Assembly: GCF_006345805.1 (NCBI RefSeq)
Contig: NC_042997.1
Coordinates: 59,582,001-59,646,000 of the forward strand
From: Octopus sinensis
Lineage: Eukaryota
Length of the DNA: 64,000 nucleotides
Direction: 5' to 3'
Shown here: piece by piece, positions 25,350 to 38,170 of the stretch
How the letters are laid out: the number at the start of each line of letters is the position of its first letter
Position numbering within the stretch: position 1 is the first letter of the stretch
Notes under the pieces: model-generated
The model's input: only the letters and a program-made list of their open reading frames with translations
Databases searched by the model: none
Told to the model about the DNA's origin: nothing
Translations under genes and position numbers: made by a program

Positions 25350-25610
25350 ATGTGTTTCAGTCAATGGGCTGTAACCATGCGGAAGCACCACAATTTGGTC
25401 GAACAAATCGACTGCAGTGCTTACTTTTTTAAAGCCTACCATTTTCACTTTTGCCAAATCACTAAAGTACTGGGATATAAACAAACCAACACCGGTTGTC
25501 AAGTGGTGGTGTTGGTGGTGGTGGTGGTGGCTATAGTAGGAGACACTTGTTCATGTACCATGCAGTGGGACTGAACCCAGAACCGTGTGGTTGGGAAGCA
25601 AACATATGAA
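25350..25610 (-). mobile_element. SINE family B, partial
   Basis: ggagacacttgttcatgtaccatgcagtgggactgaacccagaaccgtgtggttgg. Confidence 0.75.
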
Positions 25611-25619
25611 GAAACAAAG

Positions 25620-26045
25620 TCGAGGTGCGGGAAATATCTACCTTCCTCCAATTTTTTCTCCAATAAATTCCGATATATTGGTAATTGATGCCACCTGGAA
25701 GGTATTTGCAGAAAATTTCATTAGAAAAACTCAATTTTCAGTAAGTTGTGAGGAAACAAAGGCGACATAGGAATTTTCCGAATCTCCTCACCCTACCTCA
25801 TCACAAAATATTTTTCCAACAAATTCCTTTATAATCATAATCTGTACCGTTTCAAAGGTATTTTTATAACATTTCATCAAAAAATACCTATTTTTCTGAA
25901 AGCTAGGAGAAAAAAATAGTGGGGTCGTGTGAATTTTCTGAAACTCCTCGCACCATCACCTCGGAAAAAAAATGTTCCTTACAAATTCCTATACAGTCGC
26001 AATCTACAGCATCTGAAAAGTATTTGATGAAAATTTTGTTAAATG
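25620..26045. repeat. Unclassified multi-subunit interspersed repeat (family X)
   Basis: Internal repeats of gaattttc(c/t)gaa(a/t)ctcctc..acc. The same family occurs at 54050-54790 and 29048-29694. Confidence 0.7.
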
Positions 26046-26138
26046 TATATATTGAGGAAAAATTGTATATATGAGGAAAAATTCGGTGTAAGAGGCGCTC
26101 TTGTGTAGGTATGCCTATACTCCTTTATATATACATAA

Positions 26139-26171
<33 letters not shown>

Positions 26172-26639
26172 ACAAAGTTTGTTTTATTCCACACGGGTAG
26201 AAACATAGGAAAAATAGAAGTTGAAAATGCACTGAGGATAGTTAAAATATTTTTTATTAATAATATATTTAAAGCTTTAACCGGTTTCACAGTTTACACT
26301 GATTTTCAAAAAGTTCAAATAGAAAGACGTGGCTTATGTTGCAGCTGTCTTGCTTCTGAATTTCTTTATCGCCTATAAAAAGGCATATATAGAAGATACA
26401 GAACAGGGTGGTGGGGGGGGGGGGGCGAAACAAGGACAATATTACAGCGGGCTGGGGTTACAACAATTTAAAATTTGGATGAAATCGGAATGAAAAATGC
26501 AATTTTAAATCGAAAATAAAAAATGCAATTCTAAATCCAAAATGAAAACCGCGATTAAAAATATAAATACAGAAATATATAGACCAAGAGTTCATTTTTA
26601 ACCCGTCGGCTTTTTCCTTTCCTTTATTGTATTTTTTCT

Positions 26640-27640
26640 TTACTTTCTTTTCGTTTTGACCGGCTACACAAGCACGGCTCCTTTCATACTCAACTTCCTT
26701 TCCACAGTTTTCCATCTTTTTTCCGTACACACTCTGAGGCAGGTACCTTTTCTCCAGATGGATCTTTCTTAGCCGGTAGAAGTTAAAATAACTTACCAAC
26801 CCGTGTCTGGAGATAAAGTGGCCTGTCTCAATCCCTTTCGCACGTGTCATCCATACTGTATTTTTCAATATGGCTACTACGCAGAGAAAAGACGCCTTCC
26901 TTTCCTTGTTAAAGGAAGGAGGCGGTACTATCTTAACGATGGACTCAGTCGAGAGCCGTACTCTTTCTGCATCCGACATCAGTTGTTCGACATAGCTATC
27001 AACTCCCTCAGCTCCTCAGTGTACGGTGTGCGCGACTGTTTCACTGACGCGCGCCCGCACCTCGGGCATGTGAGGGAGGTGTCAAAACCGTGTCTGGACA
27101 ACCTCTCTCGAACCGGTAAGGCCGACTGGTAGCACAACTAAGCCAAGGATTTCTGGAAGTTATCCAGATACCTCGGCCCGAATGTCCTCCCGAACAGGCT
27201 GGTCAGTTGTCCCTCATCGAGGCCTAGAGTCTTTCCCAGGACGTCGTCGGACCCATACTCTACCAACCTTCTATAAAAATCCGCAGTGGTAACCTCGCTG
27301 CCAGTATTGCTCGCTCGAGAGAACAGTGACTGCTTGTCCGGACTCTTTCCATGTACCCAAGTCCCTCAGGGACTTCAATTGTAGAAGAATTTGCTTGACA
27401 TGCGGTGACCACACCTGCTTACCATCCAGGTTGCTCCAGAGATGTCTCAGCCTCAGCGTATACTTGCACATCATAAGCCAAGACATCTCCAGTCCACCCT
27501 TTAACGGTTTCTCGCAGCAGATGGAGCGCCTCACAAGTGACGTTTTCCCTGTTCACAAAAAGCGGAAAAGGATCCGTTCCAACTCGGTCATCCACAAACC
27601 GGGGCAAGGCACGACGGAAAGCGACGATCTTCTTCACAAA
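26640..27640 (-). mobile_element. L1/Tx1-like LINE ORF2 3' fragment (younger, CpG-rich)
   Basis: VRRSICCEKPLKGGLEMSWL..LRLRHLW; SALPVRERL..TCPRCG; VAILKNTVWMTRAKG..LVSYFNF. Confidence 0.85.
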
Positions 27641-27839
27641 CAAACGAACAAGCAAAAACAAGTGCACCATAGTTTGATAACTATGGTACTCATGCCGTAA
27701 TTTAGCCAGAAAACTTATCGAGAACATTTGCACAAATTTTTTATTAAAATATATTTGGTTTTTACTGGATTAGAGTTTTATTAAATTACGAAATATGTCC
27801 TCAAATTTGTCTCGCGCACTGTGTGTCTATGTCTGTGTA

Positions 27840-27935
27840 CACGTACATACATACATCCATACATACATCATACATACATACATACATACATACATACATA
27901 CATACATACATACATACATACATACATACATACAT
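27840..27935. repeat. (TACA)n microsatellite
   Basis: Direct reading. Confidence 0.95.
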
Positions 27936-28154
27936 GATGTTTACAATTTTATAAATGCACCTTGTATCGAATACTTCCTCATGCAGTATCGTTATCTGAA
28001 TAACCACTCTTTATAACTGACCCTTACCCTCCCCAGGGACGGACCCGGGGTGGTCAGGTGCCCCCACCCCCTCACGAAAAGAAGTGCGCCCTTCTAAATG
28101 TTATTACGCCCTTTTCTCCTGGAATTGTATTCCCTTCTGACCTTGTGCCCTTTC

Positions 28155-28458
28155 TTCGAAAAATTCCTGAGACCGCACCTGCTCCATACAGTCCAGATCT
28201 TGCTCCCTGTGACTTTTGGTTGTTCTCCAAGCTGAAGCTCAGGCGGGGTTGTCGTTTTGAAGACATTGAGAAAATGGAGGCTGTGACAAGAGTACTGGAC
28301 ATCTTCACTTTGGAGGACTTCTATGGGACCTTCACAAAGTAGCTAGGACGTTACAAGTGCGTTGAAGTCAGATTATTATACTTTGAAGGAGATTAGAGTT
28401 TGCACTTCTATGAAATTAATGTTTCTCCTGAAGAAGACTTCTACAATGCACCTCGGAT
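28155..28458 (+). mobile_element. mariner (DD34D) transposase 3' fragment with decayed right TIR
   Basis: PYSPDLAPCDFWLFSKLK..RFEDIE..; YFEGD-like end; aatgcacctcg terminus. Confidence 0.85.
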
Positions 28459-28672
28459 ATTTGTTTTGCATTGAGATATCCTTTCAGAAAGAGCAGAAAA
28501 AAACCCCCTAGCTAGACTAATCCTTAGGAACTTAATGCTTTCCTTCATTAATCACGTGAGTGCGGTTTGTTTTTGATAGCAAGCAATGAGAATGTGCACG
28601 CTGCATGCGCGCCTAGAATCAATATATTACCTATCTTAATGTCGGTAAAAATATTTCAATTCTAGAATGATT

Positions 28673-28846
28673 AATAGACAAAGATTATCTATATATCAAA
28701 TGTTTTCTGCTGAGGCATTGAGGACATGAAACCGAAAGCAAAAATCGTTCTGCGCGTTCAATAGACAAAGATTATCTATAAATCAAATATTTTCTGCTGA
28801 GGCATTGAAGACATGAAACCGAAAGCAAAAATCGTTCTGCGCGTTC
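28673..28846 (+). repeat. 87-bp tandem duplication
   Basis: aatagacaaagattatcta...ctgcgcgttc at 28673 and 28760. Confidence 0.9.
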
Positions 28847-28959
28847 ATAAGAGACTTCTACAAAGTATGACGTTGCAATAGAAATACATCGAAGTTTTCA
28901 AGTAAAATTATAGAATTTTGATATCTGTTTATGGAATCGATGTATAATTTAAAAAAACG

Positions 28960-29836
28960 TAGCAGCAATACCTATTTCTTTACTGCCTACAAGGGGCTAC
29001 ACACAGATGGGACAAACAAGGACAGACAAACGGATTAAGTCGATTATATTTTCAGTAAGTTGTGAGGAAACTGTAGTGATCCTATATAACGGTGCGCGCT
29101 CGCGCACCGTCCATTTCTGTTTCGCGCGTGCGGGGTTGGTGCTTTCACCACCGGAAGAAGGACCATTTGCCTACGTGGCAGTTTAGCCGCGAGGCAAGGG
29201 GGGCGTAGGACGTTGACCACCAGCGTCCAGTAGGCAGTGACTTGAGACACAGCGACCGAAGGCATCAGACGTGTAGTTCTCTCTCTCTGTCCGAACTTGA
29301 CATAGCAGCAGCCTTTACCAAAACTTTTACCAGCATTTGTTGCCGACCACATCATCTTCTTTCCGGACGCCATCTTGACCAGTGTCGTTTGCATTTGAAC
29401 ACTGTAAATTCTACAGCGATAAAGTTCAGCTCTGACACATACATACCAAAGGGATACCAGATACACCACTTATTTGTTACTGTCATAAGAGAATAAAGTA
29501 GATATATATTTTTTACGTCTGCGTCTTGTTGTTTCTGACTGGTAGAATCTGGATATTAAAGCAACGAAAAGTGATTGCACCAACTGCACCCGAAAAGTGC
29601 AGAGAAGCCATTCACTGCCGTTACAAAACAAAGGCGACATAGGAATTTTCCGAATCTCCTCACCCTACCTCGTCACAAAATATTTTTCCAACAACAGTGC
29701 GTAACTGGTACTCAATTTATCGACCCCGAAAAGATGAAAGGCAAAGTCGACCTCGGCAGAATTTGAACTCAGAACGTAACGCCAGACGAAATACGGCTAC
29801 GCATTTCGCCCGGCGTGCTAACGTTTCTGCCAGCTC
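28960..29836 (-). mobile_element. SINE family A (tailed subfamily), interrupted at 29047-29694
   Basis: Tail and aagtcgatta to the left. The SINE resumes at cagtgcgtaactgg (29695) and runs to the head gcgtgctaacgtttctgccagctcg. Confidence 0.85.
29072..29625 (+). mobile_element. Solo LTR (Gypsy-type), 554 bp, 4-bp TSD aaac
   Basis: TGTA...TACA termini. aaac at 29068-29071 and 29626-29629. Removing it restores gaggaaacaaaggcg exactly as at 25750-25764. aataaa at 29492. CpG-rich. Confidence 0.85.
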
Positions 29837-30109
29837 GTATGCATGAAAATATCAACTCCTGCACATAGTTCAATATATAAGAATATGTTTAGCCCCAACC
29901 CCTGTGGGCAATAAAGAAACATATAAGTATATAAAACGTTTCAAGAGGAATACGTTAAGGAATAAATTAGAATCGTAACATGGTATGTTCTTACCACAAA
30001 AGATGTTGACTGTTGTATAAAGCGTGATGGTAGTGGATTGAGAGTTGTTAAGAAGATGGACACTATCTTCCATCTTATAATCCATCGTCCTTAAAAGTGG
30101 ATTTGATTG

Positions 30110-30400
30110 ATGGAAATTATGTGGAAGCCCGTCGTATGTACGTGTGTAAGTGTGCGCGAGCGTCTGTGTATCTATATGAGTGTGTATGTAATTGTGTTGT
30201 GTTGTTCCCCCTCACAACCACTTGACAACCATCGTTGGTTTGTTTACGTCTCTGTAACTTGGAGATTCGGCAAAAGAAACTGATTGAATAAGTACCAGGC
30301 TTTAAGAAGTACTGCAGTTGAACTTGTTTGACAAAACCCTTCAAGGTGGTACCCTGGCACGACCACAATTCAATGACTGAAACAAGTAAATGATAAAAGA
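30110..30400 (+). mobile_element. SINE family B 3' half
   Basis: gaagcccgtcgtatg...cttgacaacc..cggcaaaagaaactg..aatgactgaaacaagtaaa. Confidence 0.8.
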
Positions 30401-31307
30401 TTAAAGATAGACAAAGCCGACTGAAGGTCCTAGCAAACTTAAGCAATCACTAGGGATGTTCCAAATACAAATCTAAAAATGTGAAAATAAAAAATGAAAT
30501 GAAATAAAAACAAAATATTCTTTTAAATCACTGAGAGGAGACAAACTTATAATTATAAAATGACATATAGATAATATAGACTGCACCAGCAAAAATCGGA
30601 AGTACTACTCAGCAGACACTGCAACATCTGTGATGAAATACAAACGACTAATTTTTCTCTAAGTAAATCAATCTTATTACTTATCTTGATCAGATATTTT
30701 CCATTTCCTTTTTTCATTCATTTTTTTTTTTTTTTTGGTATGTTAAAATATTATCGCAACATTTTGAGAAAGACGAGTTTACTGATTCTAATCAAGTCTC
30801 TTCGACCTGATAGAATCAGCAATCAACTAATTCAATTCTCAACTAGCCATAAGTTTAGTATCGTGTGATTGGAGCATCCGGGTTGTGAATCGTACTTTCG
30901 TCATTTTACTCGACGGCCTGTTATCGGTGCTTTCATTCAGGTTGTTGGTGGCACTCCCTCCACCGCCATGGAGCCCTTCCCTGCGGAACCATACAGCTTC
31001 TCTGGCGATGTTTGTACGCGTGGATGTGGGCGTAGGTACTTATGTTACGGTACTCGTGTATTGTAAATCTGCGTGTGTGTAAGTGTGGGCGTGTGTGTGT
31101 GTGCTTATGTTACCTGTATATTGTAATTCCATGTGAGTGTGTGAGAGAGATTTTAATCTATTGTTTTTTGTTCCAGTCCTCCCACCCCTTGTATTCCCTC
31201 TTCCACCACACACACACTCGCGTACAAAAGAAGTCCTTTTTCTATTCTTTGAAAGGAATTTGCGGTTGTTCTATCTTCGAACAATTACACAACAATATGT
31301 AAAGTCG

Positions 31308-31500
31308 AAGGCGGCGAACTGGCAGAATCATTAGCACATCGGACAAAATATTTAACGACATTTCTTCCGGCTTGAGTTCAAAATTCTGCTGAGGTCGACT
31401 TGCCTTTCACCCCTTCATGGTCGATGATATAAGTACCAGTCGAGCACTGGGATAAATTAGTTCCCGAAATTTCAGGCTTTGTGTCTGTAGTAGAGAGAGT
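31308..31500 (+). mobile_element. SINE family A
   Basis: aaggcggcgaactggcagaatcattagcac..gaggtcgacttgcctttc. Confidence 0.85.
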
Positions 31501-31826
31501 ATGCTAAGTCGAAGTAAAATTTTCAGCATTTTACTGGTCTAAGTATTTTTATTTAAAAATTTAACAATAAATTTCTACCGAAACATTGCACAAAAATTGT
31601 ACAGACGGTCATTTTGTTTCACTCCCTGTGATAATGTAACACCGTAAGTTCCCCTTTTCCATTCCTGATAACCAGGGCCACTGCGAGAAATTCTGCAAGA
31701 TAGAGCAAGACTGCTTTCAGGTCACAAAGCGGAAGGAATATGGTTGAGAGGTATTTTTTTTTAGAGAGAGAGAGAGAGAGTATTTCTTTATTCACCATAA
31801 GGTTGAGAAAAAGAGGGGACAAACAA

Positions 31827-31892
31827 ACGTTGGGGTCAGGGTATCGAATGAGACGAAACGTTGGGGTCAGGGTATCGAATGAGACGAAACGT
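31827..31892 (+). repeat. 31-bp tandem duplication
   Basis: aaacgttggggtcagggtatcgaatgagacg twice, head to tail. Confidence 0.9.
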
Positions 31893-33333
31893 ATGAATAA
31901 ACAAACAATTAAAATATATACAATTAAATGAGAATGAGTGAATAACAAAAAATGAAGCGGAGGATACGGTTGACCCCACAAACCACATACACTGAAGACT
32001 TTGCTTTCTCCTTTTTTACATTCTCGATTGAACAGGTTCTTTCACTCGAGGGAGAGAAAGAGTGGGGTGCTTGTCAGATTTTCTTAGATCCCTGCTTGGC
32101 TTTCCGGGCTCCGGATCAACGTACTGAAGTTTCCCCTTTATAATAACAACTCCTGTTTGTTACATCATTATCTGATATCCCCTTTTCTTCTTCTCCATAT
32201 GTAATCCCCTGGAATTCTTTCCCTACCCACAAATTTCTTGCAGTCTTTTGGTTGCAGATAGGTAACAAAATGCTAAACATTTGCTTAATCAAACCGACTT
32301 AATAACAATTATATTTTGCCTTCAGAAGCAGACATCCTTGAGAATTTTAAGATGCTTTTCTTTCAGTCGTTCCAGCCATTTGATTGTGGCTGACTTGAGC
32401 ACCATTTACAGAAATAAAGTAACAATAACAGTTGAAGTAAATCATTAACAACAACAACAACAACAATAGCAGTTATATTCCCAGAAGATAAATATATCAA
32501 CGTGTAGCTTTGTGGTCTTAGAAAACTTACACGTATGTGCTTAATCTTTGTCCGAGAATTAACCTAAGGAGATCACTAAGAATAATGCATAAATATGTGT
32601 AGGCGTAAAATATACGGGTATATTTATCTTTAAATTTAAAAAGAAAGATTGACGTCAAAAATATGCGCCCTTCATCTTGAAGCCTACTAAATTTACAGCC
32701 ATTATCACGCAGTCATCACTACATAAGAATGAATCATTTAAAATAAAAATTGTCAACTACAGGTTATGTTGCATTGTTACCTTGCAAAAGAAGCAAGCGC
32801 AACAGTAAATAATTCAAGTGACAACAGCTGGTTCAAGTAATAGCTGCATAAATAGTATAATTCTAGTTGAAAAGAAGTGTGCAAGCTTGCTTCTGGTAAG
32901 AAACTTGCGTGGGAGACACTTAACGTCGATTTATGATGTCTTAAATACAATTTCCTTCTTTAAGCTGCTTTTCATCGATGTGCGTGCTCGCACGCGTGAG
33001 TGCTTGTAGGTGTACGCAGCAGTCATACGTATGTGTGTATGTCTGTCTGTCTGTCTGGCTGTCTGTCTGTCTGTATGTCTGTATGTATGTATGTATGTAT
33101 ATGTGTATGTCTGTATTCATGTATGTATAAGTGTGTATGTATGTGTGTAGTACGTATCTATATGTACATACATATGTGTGTGAGTACATACACACACACA
33201 TAACAAATACCAATAGATACTTGTCCTAAATATTAACACCCTAAGTTTTTGTTTTTGTACGTACCTGTGGTGTGTGTCATACTTCAAAGGAAGAAGTAAA
33301 AAGGTTGAAAGGAGAGAAACAAAGAAAAAGAGA

Positions 33334-33660
33334 AAAGGTGTTAAGCAGAGGAGGTATAGTTGAAGTGAGTGGCAAAGTGAGAGAGAGAGAAGGGACACAG
33401 AGAGGAAGTGAGAGAGAAAGGGAGAGAGGGTGAGAGAGAGACAATGAGTGGTGACCGAAAGGATGTTGGCATTCGTTTTGTGTTTTTAAATGCTTATCAG
33501 TATTTTCAGAGTAGACTGATACATACATCGAAAGAAAAGTAGATACATAGATCGAAAGAAAAGTAAATACATAGATACATTGACACATTGTTAAATTAAA
33601 GACAAATTACTACAGCAAATATTGGATCTCACTTTCACTTTTCATTACCACACGAGGATT
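33334..33660 (+). repeat. Local duplicated segment, copy 1 (copies at 35033-35340 and ~36005-36125)
   Basis: aggtgttaagcaga..gaagtgagt.gcaaag..gagtggtgac.g.aaggat..cagactgatacatacatcgaa..cattaccacacgaggat is shared. Confidence 0.85.
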
Positions 33661-33920
33661 AGATTAATGCGCAAGAAGCCGAGTATTCCACAGACATGCG
33701 TACCATTAACTTAGTTCTCAGGGAGATTCAGCCTCACACAAAATGTCACAAGACTGGCCCCTTTGATTTGCAGCTACAACTCATATTTGCCAGCTGAGTG
33801 GACTGCAGCAAAGTGAAGTAGAGTGCCTTGCTCAAGAATACAGCTCGCTGCCTGGTATTGTATTCATGACCTTACGATCGTGGGCTAAATACACCTAACC
33901 ATTGAGTCACGCACCTCCAC
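33660..33920 (-). mobile_element. SINE family C-type, decayed
   Basis: gccagctgagtggactgcagcaaagtgaagtagagtgccttgctcaaga. Confidence 0.7.
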
Positions 33921-34419
33921 TCTTAACTGCAGAGAAAAGGAGTGAAGCGATAGTGACAGGGAAAGGAAAGCCTGTCATTTAAAATGACAATTACACTGAA
34001 ATACGATCGAATTTCTCTAGCTTTTTTACTTTTAACAATGAAAATGAGGAAATGAGATGTAGTATTGAATAGAGGTTAAGTCTTTCAGGTGCTTAGGTTT
34101 TCATTCTGGGAATTCTAGAAAGATCGAGTGTTAGTTCTCTCTTCTTTCCCCCACCCCCGATACTTATTCCCCTTCTTTGATAGTTCTTCATGTCTTTTAG
34201 TTGGGGGGAAGAACATCTTTTTTCCCCCAGGTACGTTTAACGTTTTCGCTACAAACTACAAACAAGCCCCACTCACCCTTTTTTTAATACAAAACCTAAT
34301 GCAAATTTCGAATGGGGTATAGCTGTGAAAATAGCCCAGAAAAATGGGTAATACCCCCAACAAAATGGGTGGGGGAGAAAAGTTGCCAACAGGCGGCTAC
34401 ACGAAATTCAACTCTATAC

Positions 34420-34790
34420 TTTATCGAGTGTCTTCTACTATAGCCTCGGGCCGACCAAAGCCTTGTGAGTGGATTTGGTAGACGGAAACTGAAAGAGACC
34501 CGTCGTATACACACACGCGCGCGCGCACGCACACACACAAACACACATATATATATGAATGTGTGTGTGTATTTATTTGTCTGTCTTTGTATGTCTTTTT
34601 CCACTACCCACCATCGCTTGACAACCGATGTTGGTGTGTTTGCATCCCCGTAACTTAGCGGTTCGACATAAAAGACCAATAGAATAAGCACCAGGCTTAC
34701 AGGCAATGAGTCCAGGGATCGATTTCTTCGACTAAAGGGTGGTGCTCCAGCATGACCACAGTCAAATGACTGAAACAAGTAAAAGAATAA
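34420..34790 (+). mobile_element. SINE family B (5'-truncated)
   Basis: gtgtcttctactatagcctcgggccgaccaaagccttgtgagtggatttgg...gactgaaacaagtaaaagaataaaaga. Confidence 0.9.
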
Positions 34791-35334
34791 AAGAATTCCA
34801 GAAGAACGTTCCATACCACTAAACCAAGAGGGTTCTCTGAATATGTACGATGTATTTTAAGGTTAAATAGTAATTCTGTTTATGTTTGCGTAACTGAGAC
34901 ATTTTGGTTGGATTATATAGTTATCGGTTTTACACTTCTTTCTATATTCTGTGTCACAATATAGAAACATTTCTCATGGAACCAGCACATAAAATGAAGG
35001 ATAGCAAAGGAGATGCATAACTTATTGGGCGAAAGGTGTTAAGCAGAGGTGGTGTTGTTGAAGTGAGTCGCAAAGCAGGAGAGGGGAAGGACAGAGAGGA
35101 AGTGAGAGAGAAAGAGAAAGAGTGAGAGAGGCAGTGAGTGGTGACTGGAAGGATGGTGACATTCCTTATTTTGTTTTTAAATGTTTATCAGTGTTTTCAG
35201 AGCAGACTGATACATACATCGAAATAAAAATAGATACATTGATACATAGATACATAGACACATTGTTAAATCAAAGATAAATAACTACAGCAACTTTCAC
35301 TTTTGGATGCCACTTTCACTTTTCATTACCACAC

Positions 35335-35530
35335 GAGGATGGGTTGCATGCAAGGAGACATAGACAAGGGAGAGGGGAGGGAGAGGGAAGAGAGAGTGAG
35401 GAGATAACGCGTTCAATGCAGGAGGGTGGGTGAGAGGCAAGGAGACAGAGAGGGGAGAAAGAGGGAGGGAAGACAGAGAGAGGAGGTGACAACGTGTTCC
35501 ACGCAGAAGGATGGGTGACAAGCAAGGAGA
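35335..35530 (+). repeat. Purine-rich ~87-bp tandem repeat (x2.2)
   Basis: ggatgggt..gcaaggagaca recurs at ~35337, ~35424 and ~35509. Confidence 0.7.
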
Positions 35531-35810
35531 CATAAATGAGGAAGAGGGAAGGGAAGGAAAAAGAGAGAGAGAGAGAGAGAGTGTGTGTGTGGGGGGAGAC
35601 AGAGAGTTAGAGAGATAGATTGAGTGAAGTAAAGGAGGGGATAGAGAATAATAGTGAAAGACAATCAAACCCTTCTCATATCGTCATACAGAAAACGGTG
35701 GAAAAGTTTTCCCTTTCCATCATATATCAAAAAGTAGTTGAAAACATGAAAATTGTAAAAAGAAATGTTGCCTATTTATCTATCTGTCTGTCTACCTACC
35801 TACCTCCTTG

Positions 35811-35856
<46 letters not shown>

Positions 35857-36253
35857 GTTGACATTTATTCTGTCTGTCTGCATCCCTCTCTCCCTTTCTC
35901 TGTCTCTGTCTGTCTATCTGTCTCTCTCTCTCTCAGCGAATACCTGTCGATGTCACTGTTTCTTTTCTACACTTAAAGAGATAGATACAAAGAAAAACAG
36001 AAATATAAGGTGTTAAGCAGAAGAGGTATAGTCGAAGTGAGTGGCAAAGCGAGAGAGAGAGGAGGGACAGAGCAGGGGTGAGAGGGAAAGAGAGAGTGAG
36101 AGACAGAGTGAGTGGTGACTGAAAGGAAAATGGCATGGTCACTATTTAAAGATGCTTACATTTCTTGTATTTCGTACAATTTCATAGGGTTGTGCTTATA
36201 CATAATTATTTGATAGTTATTAAATGAAGTCACTATTTACAGATGCTTACACT

Positions 36254-36520
36254 GGATCTTTACCTTTTGACCGACAGATTTTAAAAACAATTTTTTGTAA
36301 CTAAACACTTTCAAACTTTGGACACTGGTAGAATATGTCATATAAAACATCTTTTACTCTTAGCGTTTTTGAGAAAAGCTTATATTTAGACGGTTATTTC
36401 ACGTTAAAGTTGTAGTATTTCGGTAATTTCAACCAATCAATGACGTGTATTCAGCTGAATAAAATTACTGCTGTTGTTTGTCAACAAGAACTTCTGGTGG
36501 TGTATATTTCGTTTGTCACT
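36254..36520. mobile_element. Truncated inverted copy of the telomeric-cassette MITE
   Basis: Reverse complement of ~8013-8280 (TIR ggatctttaccttttgaccgacagatt). It stops at gtttgtcact, before the TTAGGG tract. Confidence 0.85.
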
Positions 36521-37155
36521 GGAAGACAGTCAATTTCTGAATGTTACTTCACATATTTACAAGTAACAATAGCAATAACGAGTTAAGACTATTGAAAAGG
36601 TTGCAAGACGCCACAAAAATTTTAAGAAAATAAAAATAAGAAAAAATGTGGAAATTTTACCAGTGAGTGTGTTATATTATAAGGCACAAAAAGAAAATGA
36701 CTCTCCCCAGACACAACAGAATATGCTTCAACACACGAACTCATATAAAGAATCTTGCAAACCAAATCCCAAAACGAAAAATAAACAGGATGCTTTCAAG
36801 GTTTGATGAGGTTAGCAAAGAACTGACCACTCAAATCAAGAGACCCAGTAGATGTTTAACTCATTAAATTTCAGTGTTGTAAGCAAGCACTTATTGTGGA
36901 CAAACAACATATAGAATTGTCACTAGCAATTTCATCCTCGGTGCCTTTTTCTTTGACAGATGTTAGCTATGTATAGTTTGTTTATCTACTAACCAGCAGT
37001 AACTATAAGACAACCAAGACTGTCAGCTGTGACAGTTTACGGCACTCAGCTATGAACCATGATAACAGTGGTCATGACAGATTAAGCCAGTTAGCTGCTG
37101 GAATCTATACCACTCATGGCTACTATCCTTGTTAGAACACAACCTCTCATAAGAG

Positions 37156-37363
37156 CTATTGAACTGATCCTTTTGGCTTAAATATCTTCATTTCTGTTGT
37201 TGTTGTAAAGACATATTGTTCTGTTAACAACAATGAATGTGTTGTATTTGGAATTTCATACAGATACCTTTTTCTTTCATCTCTCAACTCAACCAAAATA
37301 TTTATATCTTCATTACAAAATGAAGTGCTATGCATTGGTGTATGAAAATAGTAATACCAGCCA
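37156..37363 (-). CDS. Probable terminal coding exon of an unidentified host gene
   Basis: Acceptor tttttccttag| (alternative aaatag| at 37387, same phase). Open frame GWYYYFHTPMHSTSFCNEDINILVELRDERKRYLYEIPNTTHSLLLTEQYVFTTTTEMKIFKPKGSVQ* in non-repetitive, CpG-depleted DNA. Too short for the ORF track (59 aa from ATG). Confidence 0.6.
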
Positions 37364-37614
37364 CTAAGGAAAAATTCCAGACAAGGACTATTTTAGAATT
37401 TAAGAAACCGAGATAAAGTAAATTAACAATAAAAATAAAAAATAAAAATAATAGATAAATAATAAAATCAAGGGCAAATGAGTATCAGAAAAATGTAAAA
37501 AAAAATTTGGTGAGATAAAAAGTGAGAGAAGTGGAGGTTAGTTAAAGGCAGCATATAGTTTTGATACATGAATTAGATAAATAAACATTGATACATAACA
37601 TCAGTTTAACTTAC

Positions 37615-37760
37615 ATACACTCACACACAAACACACACCACATACACACACCACATACACACACACACACATGCATTCACACATACATACATACATACAT
37701 ACATACATACATACATACATACATACATACATACATACATACATACATACATACATACAT
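37615..37760. repeat. (CA)n/(TACA)n microsatellite
   Basis: Direct reading. Confidence 0.95.
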
Positions 37761-38170
37761 GTAGGGTTGGAGTTTGGTCAGGATAAATGCTGTTATATGG
37801 TTGTGAAAAGGGGGGAAAACTATAAACCAGATTAGTAACATCTCCATAAATGATTTGGCTGTTTCCCCTACATCTGACGAGGAATGTTACAAGTATCTAG
37901 GGGTGGATGAAAACATATCTTACAATGGCACCTGTAACAAAACACATGTCACTAAAGAATATTACATGTCTAGATATACAACTATATGCATGAGAATACA
38001 TACATAATGCAAAACATACAAATCTGCACATATACACACATACAAACAAAAATACCCTGTTGTTGGTGATGAAATTCCAATGGAGGAGCCTTGAATCTAG
38101 GTTAGAAACCGGCTTTTTTCAATATTGGCAAGAAATCTTGAGGTAAAACTGAACAATGACTTACATACAT
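37761..38170 (+). mobile_element. R4/Dong-like LINE remnant (RT piece + 3' end) abutting (TACA)n
   Basis: VGLEFGQDKC and DEECYKYLGVDEN..KEYY match R4/Dong RT motifs. It ends in ttacatacat. Confidence 0.6.

Noticed and set aside
31620-32270. Minus-strand remnant resembling the 3' end of another ORF1-type element
   Set aside because: No diagnostic motif, tail or TSD could be identified by eye.
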